A DNA stretch of 64,000 nucleotides from Eledone cirrhosa (Eukaryota): NCBI GenBank assembly GCA_964016885.1, contig OZ024742.1, forward strand, positions 52,638,001 to 52,702,000, written 5' to 3'. Under the pieces are notes generated by a model. That model ran no database searches. It was not told the DNA's origin and saw only the letters and a program-made list of their open reading frames with translations. Below are positions 26,532-41,700 of the stretch, piece after piece; positions within the stretch are counted from its first letter, which is position 1, and every line of letters begins with the position of its first letter. The position numbers and the translations under genes were made by a program.

Positions 26532-27612
26532 TTATATATACGTATGTATGTATGTATGTAAGTATGTATGTATGATAGAAAAGGACTCACAAGCTCGAAG
26601 TGTAGTTGTCTGGCATGATTGAAATGGATGCCATTAAGGTGAAATATTATTGATTTGTTTCAATGTAGTCATTAGCAGGATAATAAGGTAGCGCTCGAAA
26701 TGTGGGTAAATTTAACTTATGCGAAAGTTCTTGGAAGATGGCGATAAGATCAATAGCCCTGCCGACAGTAGAGTCTAACATTCCAAGACTTCCCCTTTGT
26801 CTGACAATGAGAAAAAGGAAACAAATAAACGGATTCACTCCAGGAACCTTTTTTTTCTATTTAATTGTATCACAATTAATAAGGCAACGGTGTTAATGCT
26901 TAATGATAGACGAAGTACGGTAAACAATCGATTAATATTTCTTTATTCTAAACTTTTGAGACATTTTAATGATTACATGTATTTATCTTACCATATACCT
27001 TAAACCTTAAAATATGTTATTGATCGGAGACAAGTATATGTATCTCTGTGTATTAAGTGAATCTATTGTAGTTTTGAATTTACTTGAATATTGTTTTCGT
27101 TAATAAAACACTGTTTGCAGGTTTACAGATTTAAGATTCTTATTAATTTCCTGGGAGCATTACATTTAGGTTTATTTTTAATATTTATAAAAGGAACGAA
27201 AGAAAATATAAAATATACAAGAGAAAGCAGCAAATGCCTGGAATTTAGAATATATTAGAGGTACAGTACAATATTTTGATTTTAAAATTGAGTTATCTTC
27301 TTTTTCCTTGTGGAAGCCAAATAAATTCATCATATTACCACAATCACAGATATGTACACACATAAAAAAGAAACAAACATACACATAATCACATTCACAT
27401 ATATCTAAACGTACGCACCTATGAATATACAGAGGTATTTATATGTTTTTATATATATATATATATATATATATTACTATAGAAATGGTTTCAACAGGAC
27501 AACAGTTCTAGTCCTGTAGAAGTCATTTCTATGTTAAATTTTGTTTATACTCTACAAAATGTATTGAGTACCTTACTTACTGTGGTTACCTCCGATTGAA
27601 CCCGAGACTCAC

Positions 27613-27649
<37 letters not shown>

Positions 27650-27668
27650 TGTATATATATATATATAT

Positions 27669-28410
27669 TAAATGAATAATTAGGAATAGAAGCCAGGAAT
27701 ATCCGCCATCAGTCGTCTACTAGCCATCATAGGTATTTCTTCGCATTAAAGACCATATACCTCAAGCTAGGGCGATACAATAACTAAATTAAGTGATTGG
27801 GATAAAAAGAGTTGAGTGGAGAAAGAGAGACAGGTAAATAAACACGAATGCTGAGGCAACGTAAAGAGAGGAAATAATGAGAAAATCAAGTCAATAATTC
27901 ATTTTGAACATAAGAACTTGCGAATATTGACGAGAAGGCAAAGACACATCTTGGCCGTGCAGATATGAGCGAGGAAAGAATCTCGTACGGTGTGTGGCGA
28001 TGGAGGAAGTGAGAGAGAGGGTAAATAGCAGAGAGTGAGTGAGTGAAAGTGTGAGGAAGAGGCTAGCCGAGAGAGGGTGATTAGCAGAGGGGGTGAGTGA
28101 AAGTAAGAGGGAGAAGGAGAGAGAAGGGGGAGAGAGAAAGAGAATAGCAGTAAGGGAAGAGAAAAAGACAGGTCACAGCGAAGGGGAAGGCATATATGAA
28201 TGAAAAATGGCGAGGTGTGTTGTTGTAAATAGGATATATATAATAAATGAAGAATTAGAAATAGAAGCCAGGAATATCCGTCATCAGTCGTCTACTAGCC
28301 ATCATAGGTATTTCTTCGCATTACAGACCATATACCTCAAGCTAGGGCGATACAATAACTAAATTAAGTGATTGGGATAAAAAGAGTTGGGTGGAGAAAG
28401 AGAGACAGGT
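27669..28410. repeat. 167-bp direct repeats 575 bp apart (27669-27835, 28244-28410)
   Basis: Near-identical copies with a purine-rich interior. Confidence 0.9.
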
Positions 28411-29604
28411 GCGGACGGTATTTGAGGACACATGTATTTTTAGTCATTATTTTATTTGATTAATTTTTATTGAACTTCTATTTCAGAAAATAACAATGAA
28501 AATAACTATGCTTACTAATGAAATGAAACGGCATGCTGTGATTGTGGTGGGGATTTAAAAGTTTCTCGTTTTCTGAAAGTTGCAAGATTGGTGTGAGTTA
28601 GAGAAAGATGGAAGCGTATTACCTGTATCAAAACGTTAAAAACATTCCAAATGCTCTGATTCTATCAGGACATCTGAATTTATTCAGGAAGTTAAGCAAA
28701 ACAACCCAGGAAAATCAATGAGGTCAATTGCAAAAAATCTTGGTGTGTCAGAAAAAATAATCAGAAATCTGCATGATATACAAATCTTACGTGATGAGGA
28801 GAGGTCAATTCATGTGAGAAGAAACAAAAGAAAACCGTTTAATCACATCAAAAAGTCTTTTGAACAAATTTAAAAATACATCAGTAGATGATGTGATTTG
28901 GTTTTTCTCAGATGAGAAACACTTTGACCAGGACCAGAAAACTAACAGGAGAAATGACAGGTGGCTAAGTGCAGACGCTTCTGAGGTTCCAAGAGTAATG
29001 CACACAAAGTTTCCTGTAAGTCTCATGGTTTTAGGTGTTGTTAGCAATGAAGGACATGTGACCCTCCTCACTTTTTTCTGCAAGGCCTTAGGTTGAAGGC
29101 TGATGCGTATATTGAGGTTCTGGATAAAGTTGTTAAGCTTTGGATCAACAGTGTATGCAATGGAAGGCCTTATGTCTTTCAACAAGATTCTGCACCATTA
29201 CACAAGGCTCAAATGACACAAGAATAGATGGCCATAAATTTGCATGATCACATCACCCCCAACATTTAGCCTCTTAATTCTCCAGATCTCAATCAACTGG
29301 ACTACTATGTATGGAACATAGAAAAATGTCAATGAACACTCCCGTAGCACCAAAGATTCTTTGAAAGCCGCAATATTTCGAGTCTCTCCGATATGAACAA
29401 GGAACACTTAATCCGAGCTTGTAAACGATATCAACCACACGTAGAGGTAGTTATTGATGCTTATGGTGGTTTTATTGAATGAAATTATTAAATTGATAAT
29501 TTAGCTTTATGTTTATGTTATTTTCATAAGAATACAGTTTTTTTCTGTTATTATATAAGCGGTTTTTTTTAACCATAAATCTGTCCTCAAATACCGTCCG
29601 CATC

Positions 29605-29607
<3 letters not shown>
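28406..29607 (+). mobile_element. Tc1/mariner maT (DD37D) DNA transposon, decayed
   Basis: TIR cagg(a)tgcggacggtatttgaggaca at both ends; FFSDEKHF..D...N..NDRW; QQD-x37-D (SPDLNQLDY); stops and frameshifts. Confidence 0.9.
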
Positions 29608-29700
<93 letters not shown>

Positions 29701-29785
29701 TTTCTCTGAAACGTATTATATATATATATAAATACATATATATTAATATATATATATATGTATACATATATATATATACGTGTGT

Positions 29786-29824
<39 letters not shown>

Positions 29825-30956
29825 GTATTTTATATATATATAATACGATTCATACACACGCACAAACAAACAGAGTTCTTCTCTTTGATCAAGTGCATTA
29901 AGTTAAAAAAACACACCAATGAATTCCAGAGGAAACCCCCACAACCCCACCAGAGATCTTAAAGTTTCGAACGATCCCCTGGTACATTCGAATAAAACGA
30001 GTAAAGTGAGTAGGAGAGAAAAATATTGTTGCACAGAAAAAATTGTGGGGGGGGTGCTCTTATGTATTTTTCCTATACAAGAAGCTTACTATGACATGAT
30101 AAAACTTTAGCTTTACGATATCTATCTTGCTAATAACAAATCAAATGAAGAACAAAACAAAACATTAATAAGCAAACAAACAGCAGCTACAACTACAATA
30201 ACACAAACGACAATATATGCATTATCGGTAATCGTAACTTGTGAATGAAACCTTGTAATATTATTATCATAAAAGATAGAAAAAACATACGCAGAAAAGG
30301 ATGAAAAAAAACAGAATTCGCAGGAAGCAAGCAAAAAATATTGTGAATTTTTAAAAGACATTTATTTGCCAGGCACTTCTTTACTAAATATGACATCTCT
30401 ATTGATGTTTATTGTCACGTTGAAAGTCTATATATTATTAATGTTTGTTATGGAAGTATAGTTTTTAATAGCAGTAAATGATAATAAACTATTCTCGAAA
30501 ATTTTAATGCTGCATATATAAGTGTACATGTATATTTTCATTGCTATTGCTTTGAAACAGAAAATAAATGATAAGGAAACGATGACAGAAGATAGATAAT
30601 AAGTGTCCTTTTGTCTTTTATGATCATTCATAAATATAAATCCTCTAATGCAAGCAATAATATACACCAGTGTGTCAATGACGGATGTTTATATCGATGG
30701 ATATTTCAATATAATTTATTGTCCTATCCCTGTAACATAACACATAAAAGTTCTCATACCTTGTCTAAGTTTCTTAATAGATACTGAAGACACACGCACA
30801 TCCACACACCAACACACATACATATATATATATATATATGTATGTATGTGTGTGTGTGTATAGGTAGTAGGTATATTCCCGATGGGGGTCGGGTGTTATA
30901 GTAGGTATTCAATATCTTGGTAGAGTGTAACCATGTTTATTTCATATAGAAATGGT

Positions 30957-31008
<52 letters not shown>

Positions 31009-31102
31009 TGTGCGTGTGTGTGTGTGTGTGTGCGCGCGTGTATGGGTGTGTGTGTGTGTGTGTGTGTGTAAATCAGGATGGATTCAGTTTGAAACTAGTT
31101 AG

Positions 31103-31267
31103 ACCATTACTCAACATAGTACTCGATACTTGGGATAGTAGAGTGTGCTCATATTATAAAGAGTCGTCAGCCGACGGCTGAGCTCTTGCCGTTTCAACTA
31201 TTAGTCTGGAACTAACTGTTGAAATGGCAAGAGCTCAGGCGTCGGGGCCTCAACTCTTTATAATATG
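31103..31267. repeat. Fold-back palindrome of a PLE3-like HHR 3' half
   Basis: 31150-31205 pairs imperfectly with 31211-31267; arms carry GAAA-cggc-aagagctca-gccg-TC-gg. Confidence 0.8.
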
Positions 31268-32405
31268 TATGTAAATACAAGCATATTTATGTAAGTGCAT
31301 AAATATTAAGTGCATAAATATGTAAGTATGTGCATATTTTCCACGATGAATTGTGTAGATTTAAATGAAAAACCTAGGAGCCGGCACTTTGAGGCAACAG
31401 CAACAAATGGTATTTACCTATTTGTTCAGCTCGAGCTGTATAAGGGCTCTCTTGCCACTACCACCTTCGTAAATTGAGAGCAATAGTAAATAGCCTGTTG
31501 GAAGGACAGAGAAAATGCTGTTGTTTATGAAATGTGATGTAGAATACATAAATGTAGATGAATTAACCCAGTAAAATTTTAGTTTTGCTCGTTTGTTAAT
31601 ACCTACGAATTTGTACTTGAACCTAAATTAGGTGATTTGTGGATGATCAACAATTGCATCTGTAAAGAAGTCACCGCACTTCACGTATCCGAGAAACATG
31701 GTATCACCCCTGTTCGTGTAGCCGAGAAATATTGCGTTGTGAAGTGTAGAGGACGAAATTCCTTTTGGTCAACTCTGTACTTTGTTACACTGTAAAGTTA
31801 TCTATACTGCTACGTTGCTAAATGTAAATATCCAATGCATACATCCATTTTCTTTATTTCTATGTTTAAATTTATTTCACTTTGGTATATATTAGTAAAA
31901 CCACAAACATAGACACGCACATATATACATGCCTACACATACATAGTCACACAAGCACCCATATAATAGACGCACGTACACGTTATCACATGCATATGTA
32001 TATAACCTCATAAAATATTCTGCGCAGTTTTAAGACACATGGAAATATACTGAATTCCAAATCTGTTCACTCTATGCTAGTATAAAATGGATGGATAAAA
32101 ATAAATCTAGATCATATATATATCTATATGCATGTGTGTCTCTGCACAGGTATATAGTATGTGTACGCGTGTTTTCCTCTTGATTGGAGCAGCGTTGCTT
32201 ATTTTGACAAGCTATTTACCTGAGAGATATATGTTTGTCTATTTGTATGAGTATGTGCATATAAATCTTATATTTTTTCGCATCACAAACTTTTAGAAAG
32301 AATATAGTTTAATAAATGCCAAACTGCTTAAACAAATTAGCACTTCCCCCTGAAAATCCACCCACTCTCTCAAATAGAAACAAAAAAATAGTTTTAGTTT
32401 GAAAA

Positions 32406-32461
<56 letters not shown>

Positions 32462-32494
32462 CAATAAGAAGTACATATATATATATATATATAC

Positions 32495-32549
<55 letters not shown>

Positions 32550-32826
32550 CATATATGTATATATATATATGTATATATATATTTCAGTTAATTTTAAAAA
32601 AATAGAAGTTCCACACTGTAATTTCCTGAAGTTTACTCAATAAAATAAAATATAGTGAACATGTATTTCTAAACGTATTTTTATATGAATTTATTCTCTT
32701 GAAAAGCAAGCAATAAATTTCCGGTTTAGGAAATATTGTAGGTAATATAAATACACATACATGCAGACATCCATACATACATACATACACACATACATAC
32801 ATACATACATACAAACATAGATACAT

Positions 32827-32861
<35 letters not shown>

Positions 32862-32932
32862 CATATATATATACACATGCAACTATATCTATCGATATCT
32901 ATCTCTCTGCCTATCTATCTACTTATCCATCT

Positions 32933-32972
<40 letters not shown>

Positions 32973-33490
32973 TTTATGAAAGTATGTGTGTGTTTATTTG
33001 TGTGTTTGTATAAATATGTGTAAATATATGTGTGTGTGTGTGCGTGTGTGTATGTATGTATGTATATCTGTATGTATGTATATCTGTATGTATGTATGTA
33101 TGTATGTATATGTCTTTGTGCGAGTTTATTTGTGTGTATGAATACATATATCTATATATGTATATCTATATCCATCTATATATCTCTTTATATAAATATC
33201 TGTATGTATGTGTCCATGCATTTATGTTTGTTTTGTAAGTATATTAACCTGCATGGAATTTATATTATGGATGTTAATTTCTGAAAACATCAAATCAACC
33301 ATCAGGAAACAGCAAATATAATATAGGACAAATATGTAAAAGTTCAAAGACACAGAGGTCAAACCACAGTAGTACAGTGGATATGCTGATGAATTCCAGA
33401 GCCATCAACCAGCGATACAAAATCAATACATCATACACTGAATATTATGATAACTTAGTTGAATATTGTTTTATTATATATGACTTTGGA

Positions 33491-33701
33491 TTGGCAGAAT
33501 CGGTAGATCATCGGACACCATGCTTTGTGGCATAATGTGACGTCCCTTTAAGTTCTGAGTTCAAATCACGCCGAAAGTTGCTTTGCATTTCATCCTTATG
33601 GGGTCGATAAAATAAAGTACCAGTAACGCACTGGGGTCGATTTAATCGGCTTTACCCTCCCCAAAAGTTTTCTGGCCTTGTGCCTAAATCTGAAGCCATT
33701 A
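33491..33701 (+). mobile_element. tRNA-derived SINE
   Basis: A-box-like tggcagaatcggtag, B-box-like gagttcaaatc, core ctttgcatttcatcc..ggggtcgataaaataaagtaccag shared with other copies. Confidence 0.75.
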
Positions 33702-33719
33702 TATATGGCTGTTTAAATG

Positions 33720-33935
33720 TTAATATGCTGGAAAAGAGACGTACATTGAAAACTAAGTGTGAGCTCCTCAAAGTTAGGTCAGTCGGCATCACAAATGAAA
33801 TCACTGATCACAGGAGTGCCACATATTCTACATGTGGCTGGTATTTCTGTACTAGAATCGGTCTCATCAACCAACTCAGGACACATAAAACTCTACAAAT
33901 CACATTACCAGCGTCATAGTCATCAAAGATCGTTA
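33720..33935 (+). pseudogene. RTE LINE 3'-terminal zinc-finger fragment
   Basis: (C)STCGWYFCTRIGLINQLRTH resembles the C..C.R....RIGL.SH.R.H C-terminus of RTE elements. Confidence 0.5.
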
Positions 33936-34010
33936 ATGAATACATACACTATACTAACAAGAAAAATACAAATAAATATCAAAAATGATTTCACAGGTGT
34001 CACTATGCTT

Positions 34011-34140
34011 CAGGCGGCAAATTAATCGAGTCGTTAGAACGTCGGATCGTCAGATGGAATGTTTTCCAGTTTGATAGAATACCGAGGGCTACTTTGTCCA
34101 TCATCTTTTCGGTGTTCATAAGAAAGTACCAGTCACGCAT
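34011..34140 (+). mobile_element. SINE fragment
   Basis: aggcggcaaattaatcgagtcgttagaacgtcgga...actttgtccatcatcttttcggtgttcataagaaagtaccag. Confidence 0.5.
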
Positions 34141-34795
34141 TTGAGTTAATTCGTGCTTTATATCACTTTTTCGCTAACTCACTATCACTCCTCCTTCACT
34201 AACAGAAATCACCTGTGTTCAAACATGGTGAAGAAATGAGCTCTAACATGTCTTACGTGAACATATTGTATATATATTCTACAATCCATGATTATACACT
34301 ACTAAATATACAGGCAGATGCTAAACTAGGTAAAGCATAGGAGCAATCATTGCATAGGATATTCGATCGATGCTCTAAAATATACTCTAATACTACACCC
34401 TAAACTGAGAGTTTACTCATTGACCCAAAATGGATGAAGGGAAATTTTATCTTGGTGAAATTTGAAATAAAATCACAGAGTCGACATTTACAGCAACAAT
34501 CTTATTTTCTGGCATGATTACATGCCTTCAAATTAAATATGTGTATATTTATATACACATTCATGCAGTCTTGGTTGTCTATTTGTATGTATACAGATGT
34601 AACTTTATCGTATACTTCGACTACATGACATGAAAGTACCTGATTGTAAAGCAATCTCTTTACCAGCACGGACGTACCACTTATATATATGTGAGTGTGT
34701 GTGTCTGTGGGCGTGTGACTGTGTGGGTGTGTCTGTGTTTGTGTGTGTGTGTGTATGGAGGTGTGTATATATATATACATATATATTTATCTGCA

Positions 34796-34838
<43 letters not shown>

Positions 34839-35315
34839 GTGTATGTGAATGTGTGTGAGGTGTGTTTGTCTATATATATATATGCATAATGTCACGTGAT
34901 TCTGCCACAGATGAAACCGCTATCACTATCGCAGTATCTATCAGCTTGACTGTGGCAGTCTCTCGGATATAAATCTCAGGTTTGGTTTAGGACTGAACAT
35001 TCCGCTGATGATATGTTACGTCAGTCTTAGTTATGTAAAATTTATAATATTTCGAACTATTGCTTGACTTCTGTGAGAAACAATTATTGATTCAAGTGTT
35101 GACCACAGGACGTGACATTGAAACTGTACAGTTCAGGTCTATTAATTCTACCCATACCAAAACGTATTTCTACAAATTTACGTTTATAGACAAATTAACG
35201 TGTCCACTCTGGGTTACACATTCATATTTACAACATACGATTTTGTGTAAATTCATCGAGTGAGTAGCCGAGCTAGACGGACTGTAAACGGATAGCTTCG
35301 GTAAACTTTATACAT

Positions 35316-36581
<1,266 letters not shown>

Positions 36582-37276
36582 AATATATATCTATGTATGT
36601 ATTTATTTATGTATGCACACACACACACATACATATACATGTGTGTGTCCCTGTGTGTGTGCGTGTGTGTGTCTGTGTGTGTGTCGGTGACTATGGCACA
36701 GTTCACATTTCGTTCATTTGAGGAATAAGAATATAAAATAATCTGAATTCTTAAAACTCACATTTATCTAACAAACTTAGATATCTATTGAAAATATCTA
36801 TTTTGATCACGTAAGCAAGAACCTGCTATTATCTACCCCCTTACCAAACTATCCTCCTGCACATTTTCCTGTACATGTAGATATATAACTAGATCATTAA
36901 GTAGGTAGCGGGTAGTTATACAGATAAATACGTAAAATGATGTGAAATTAAACGAAAATATATAATAAATATATAATAAAAGTTATGTACAAATACCAAC
37001 AAAAATAGTTTGGAAAGATGTTGTTGTTTTTGTTGTTGTTTTTTGTCATATTTAATGAAACATTTAAGGAAAAACTTCGCTTTAGGTAGATAGCAGTTAC
37101 TTATTAGTCGATATTTTATTCCATGTGGTTGCTGAAGAAAATATAAGAGAGAAAAAGAATACCGTATAGAAAAACAAATTGCAATTATAACGTAGAAGAA
37201 GCAAATATCAAGATGGAGAATTTTACTGTTATATATTTATATGTATATCTAATGTAAATATATATATATTTATATA

Positions 37277-37386
<110 letters not shown>

Positions 37387-37545
37387 CATGCATATAGATT
37401 CATATATATATAAATACACATATATATTTGTATATATGTATATATACAAATATAAATATTTGTATATATGTATATAAATATTTATACACACATCCATATA
37501 TATATGTATATGTGTGTATATATATACATGTACATATATATATAT

Positions 37546-37576
<31 letters not shown>

Positions 37577-37710
37577 TAGATATAGATATATGTATGTATG
37601 TATATACATTATATATCTATATATATATATATATATGGAGAGGGGGAGATGTGTCCGTGTGTATGTGTGTAGGACTTTATTCGCTGGTATATATATATAT
37701 AAATTATATA

Positions 37711-37771
<61 letters not shown>

Positions 37772-37835
37772 ATATATATATATGTTTGTGTGTGTGTGCG
37801 TGTGTGTGTGCGTGTGTGTGTGTGCGTGTGTGTGT

Positions 37836-37941
<106 letters not shown>

Positions 37942-38307
37942 GATTTTCTGTGAGCTTGCGTACATGTGCGAGTGTGCATCCGCTCTTTGTTTAATGCAAA
38001 AAGTAAATGAACAAATCTCTCTCTCAAAAAAAAATGAATCAGAAATGCACAATCGGAGACTGAAAAAAATCCCATTAATATTTAAAAGAAAATTATTTTG
38101 AAAGAAATACATGAAATATGGATATTTAATTTAATGGTGAAATGAAATCTGAAATCTGAATAGATGCAAGGCAGAAATAAATATATTAAAACAGAACACT
38201 CGGAATACAACTGTTTCTCTGTCATTAAAATATCTGTTCATCCTACTACCACGTATTTATATTTCCATGAACAGATATATTGATATTCATCTCTATATCT
38301 CTATATG

Positions 38308-38728
38308 TCGAAAGCTCAGTAAATATAAAGAGCTGACAATGGAAATTGAGAAAATGTGGCATCTAAAATCCTGTGATAGTTGATGCACTTTGAATGATAA
38401 AAGAGGGAACTGAAAAATATTTGAACCAGATACCTGGAAAACTATTTTTGCAAGATATGCAGGAAATAATGCTGGTTGATACTCTCAACGTCCTGAGAAG
38501 GGCATTATCAATTTTAATACCTTGCAAAGACATTTACTGTTCTTTATGTCCTTATGACATCATTTGTATGACAATAGATTGTAAAATGTGTATATTTCCA
38601 AGTGTTAACCAAGGTGTCAGGTAAAAACTCGACATGATTTGAGAAAGAAGGAGAAATGAAAGGAAGTTTCAAACAACAACAACAACAACAGAAATAATAA
38701 TGATAATAATAATAATAATAATAATAAA
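38308..38728 (+). mobile_element. Old R4/Dong-like element 3' end (RLE C-terminus, 3' UTR, (CAA)/(TAA)n tail)
   Basis: KLSKYKELTMEIEKMWHLK...VIV.AL.MIKEGTEKYLNQIPG....MQEIML..T.NVLRRAL. Confidence 0.7.
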
Positions 38729-38730
38729 AA

Positions 38731-41700
38731 TGCTTTCTTTATTAACCACAAGGGTTTACATAAAGTAGACATTAAGGACAGTACATGACAATACAGGACT
38801 GTACAAATGGGCATTTCTGCGTGTAAAAAAAACAGAGGATGTAATAAAAAATAACAATGAAAAATTCCCCAATAGGGGGGAGACTTCCGAGGGACATTTG
38901 TGGAGAAAGCCCATTAAAAGGCCACAGTGACCCTGACCACCAGGACAAGTGCCCTCTCCCAGTTTTCCCCCTTTAATTTACAGACACATACTCAGAGTAG
39001 GCCCATTCACTCGGGCCATACTTGCTTCTCTCACCCATCTTTCAACAAAATGCTGGGAAGAGAGCACTTCTCTCTCTACCCTCATTTTCCTTTTCAAATG
39101 AAATTTGAAAAAGTTAATCAGGGCATCACCGAAGAGGTAAGTGCTCGTCTTCAGCCCTTTCAAACGTCTCCACCATACTATCTCTTTCGCCATGGCCACC
39201 AAACAGATAAAAACTGCCTGCCCTTCCCGGCTAAAGGAAGGGGGCGGGGCAATCCTCACGATAGACTCAGATGATAGCTGGATCCGTCCTACACGTGACT
39301 GCAGGTGTTCGACATAGACCCACAAGTCAGCAATGCTCGGACACTGGACGAGTGCGTACAGGACGGTTTCGTCGCCCTGCGCGCATCTCGGACATGCCCG
39401 GCTGACGGCACCTCCATGCCTGTAGAGTTTATCCCGAACTGGCAAAGCCCCCGGTAGCACTGCCAGGCCAGGGATTTCTGGAAGTTGTCCATAGGCCCCG
39501 GCCCGAAAGTCCGTCCGAAGAGATTGGCTAGTTGATTTTCGTCGACGCCTAGAGTTTCTCCAAGTACGTCGTCACTCTTCCCCTCCACTGATCTTCTATA
39601 GAACGCCAAGGGGGAGTTTCCACCGATCACATTGCCCGATTTGTCGAGGGCTGTGAGCGCCTGAAGACATTCCAGTCTCCAAGCGCTCCCTCTCGGTCTT
39701 CGCTTGACCCAGGACTGCAGCTCCGTCAAGGAGACGAGCTGGGGAAAGACGTGTCTAGCAAACGGCGACCACACCTGATCACCGTCGAGGAAGAGGTGGA
39801 AATGTCGTAGCCTGAGCGCGTGTCTGCGCATCATCAGCCTCGGCATGCCCAGCCCTCCACGTAGCGGGTGTTGACAGCAGATGGACCGCCTAACCATCGG
39901 AGCACGTCCCTTCCACAAAAAGCGAAAGAGCAAACGCTCCAGCGCAGTCAGGCGGGGCTTAGGACAAGGTACGACGGTCAGGCGGTAGTAGATGACGGAC
40001 GCGATGTACGCGTTAGCCACCTCCGCTCGACCTTTCAGGGATAGCTTCCTCTCGGCCCATTTCTGGGTGAGAGAAGCCACCCTGCTCGTCACCTCGTCCC
40101 AGTTTTTATCCGTCTGGAGGTCCGGATCGAACCAGACCCCTAGCAATTTAACCGGTCCGTCCCTCTAGCGCCCGACGACGCTGTTGGACGGCATGGACCT
40201 GCCTCTCCAGGTGCCGAGCTGCAGGCCCACTGACTTTTCCTGGTTGATCATTGCTCCTGTCACCGCTTCGTATTCTCTTAGTGTAGGGCCGATCGCCTCG
40301 ATGTGTTTGGCATTCGACACCACTACGGTGACATCGTCCGCATATGCTGACACGGATCTTCCGCATCCTAGTTCGCGTGGGACCCCCTCAACGTCTCCAG
40401 TTTGTGCAGTAATGGCTCGAGAGTCAATACGTACAAGAGGGACGAGAGGGGACATCCTTGGCGGACCGAGCGCATGATGTTGAACGGTTCCGAAAGGTGA
40501 CCGTTCACTCTCACCACAGAGCAGATGTCGCTGTGCATGGCAGCGATCCAGCCTCTGAAGACGGGCCCAAAGCCAGCCGCCCTCAGGACTGCCGCTAGGT
40601 AACGATGGTCGAGCCTATCGAAAGCTTTCGACTGTTCTAAATTTATCAAAGACCCACCCGTGCCAGGTTCCCTAGCTATCCTCTCTACGATGTATCGCAT
40701 GAGGTGGAGGTTGTCGTGGATGGATCTGTCGGGAATGGCGCACGTCTGCGCCTCTCCCACCAGACCACCAACGACAAGCGCCAAACTCTTTGCTAGCACC
40801 TTGACCAAATTCTTGAACTCTGTGTCTAGCAGAGTTATGGGCCTAAAATTATCTATGTTATCCCCCTTGTTCGGATCCTTTCTCAGCAGCGCCACTCCTC
40901 CTCGGCTCACAGAGCTGGAAATTCTCCCGTTCTGTTGCCAGTTGCAATAGACGTCCGCCAAGAGGCCTCCGAACAAGTCTGGCATTTGTACGTAAAGTTC
41001 ATAGGGCAGACCATCCAAACAAGGCGATTTACCCCTTGTGCAGCCAGTCATTGCCTCCCGTACTTCAGCGCCTGTTATCGGCTTTTCGCAACACTCCGCC
41101 TCAGTGGCCGAGAGCCGCGGCAGTCCGTCGAGGAAGACACTAAAGTCCCTCTGCTCTATTTTTCTCTATTGCTAAAGCCTTACTAAACCTAATGGACTCT
41201 ATTCTAATTGCTCTTTTCAGAGCAAACCACCACTTGTTGTTGACGATGGCCCCCGTCAACGCCCGCTTAACTAGTTCGCTAATCCGATCTCTGAACGCCT
41301 TGCGCGCTTGTAAGGACGCGTTTAGCTTCCAGTAGCCGGGTCCTCGTCTATGAAGCATATCTCAGTCAAGCACACAGATCACGAATTTGTGGTCCGTGTA
41401 GCTGACTATCTTGAATTGTGGACATCCTATGCTAGACCTATCTATTTCCCTACAAAATACTCTATCTAGATATGATCTGGATGACCCTATGCAATTTGTC
41501 CAAGTTCACATTGGCACATTCGGGAAATCCAATCGGTACCTGTCAGACAGTTCAAAACGCCTGAGCAGGTTGCTGAGACTCTTGCACCCTCCTCCCCTAT
41601 CCACTAATCCCACACAGTCCCAGCGCGCATCTAAGATCCCGTTCCAGTCGCCCACTAACACTAAAGAGCGGGACGTTCCAAGAAAGGTCTCCAGACGCCG

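Noticed and set aside
28270-28350. Minus-strand CTGATGA and a SECIS-like or twister-like stem in the 167-bp repeat
   Set aside because: No GAAA for an HHR; the GA quartet register does not fit SECIS; twister pseudoknots absent
31380-31830. Unique-looking, more GC-balanced sequence as a coding exon
   Set aside because: No long open frame or recognisable motif; cannot support a call
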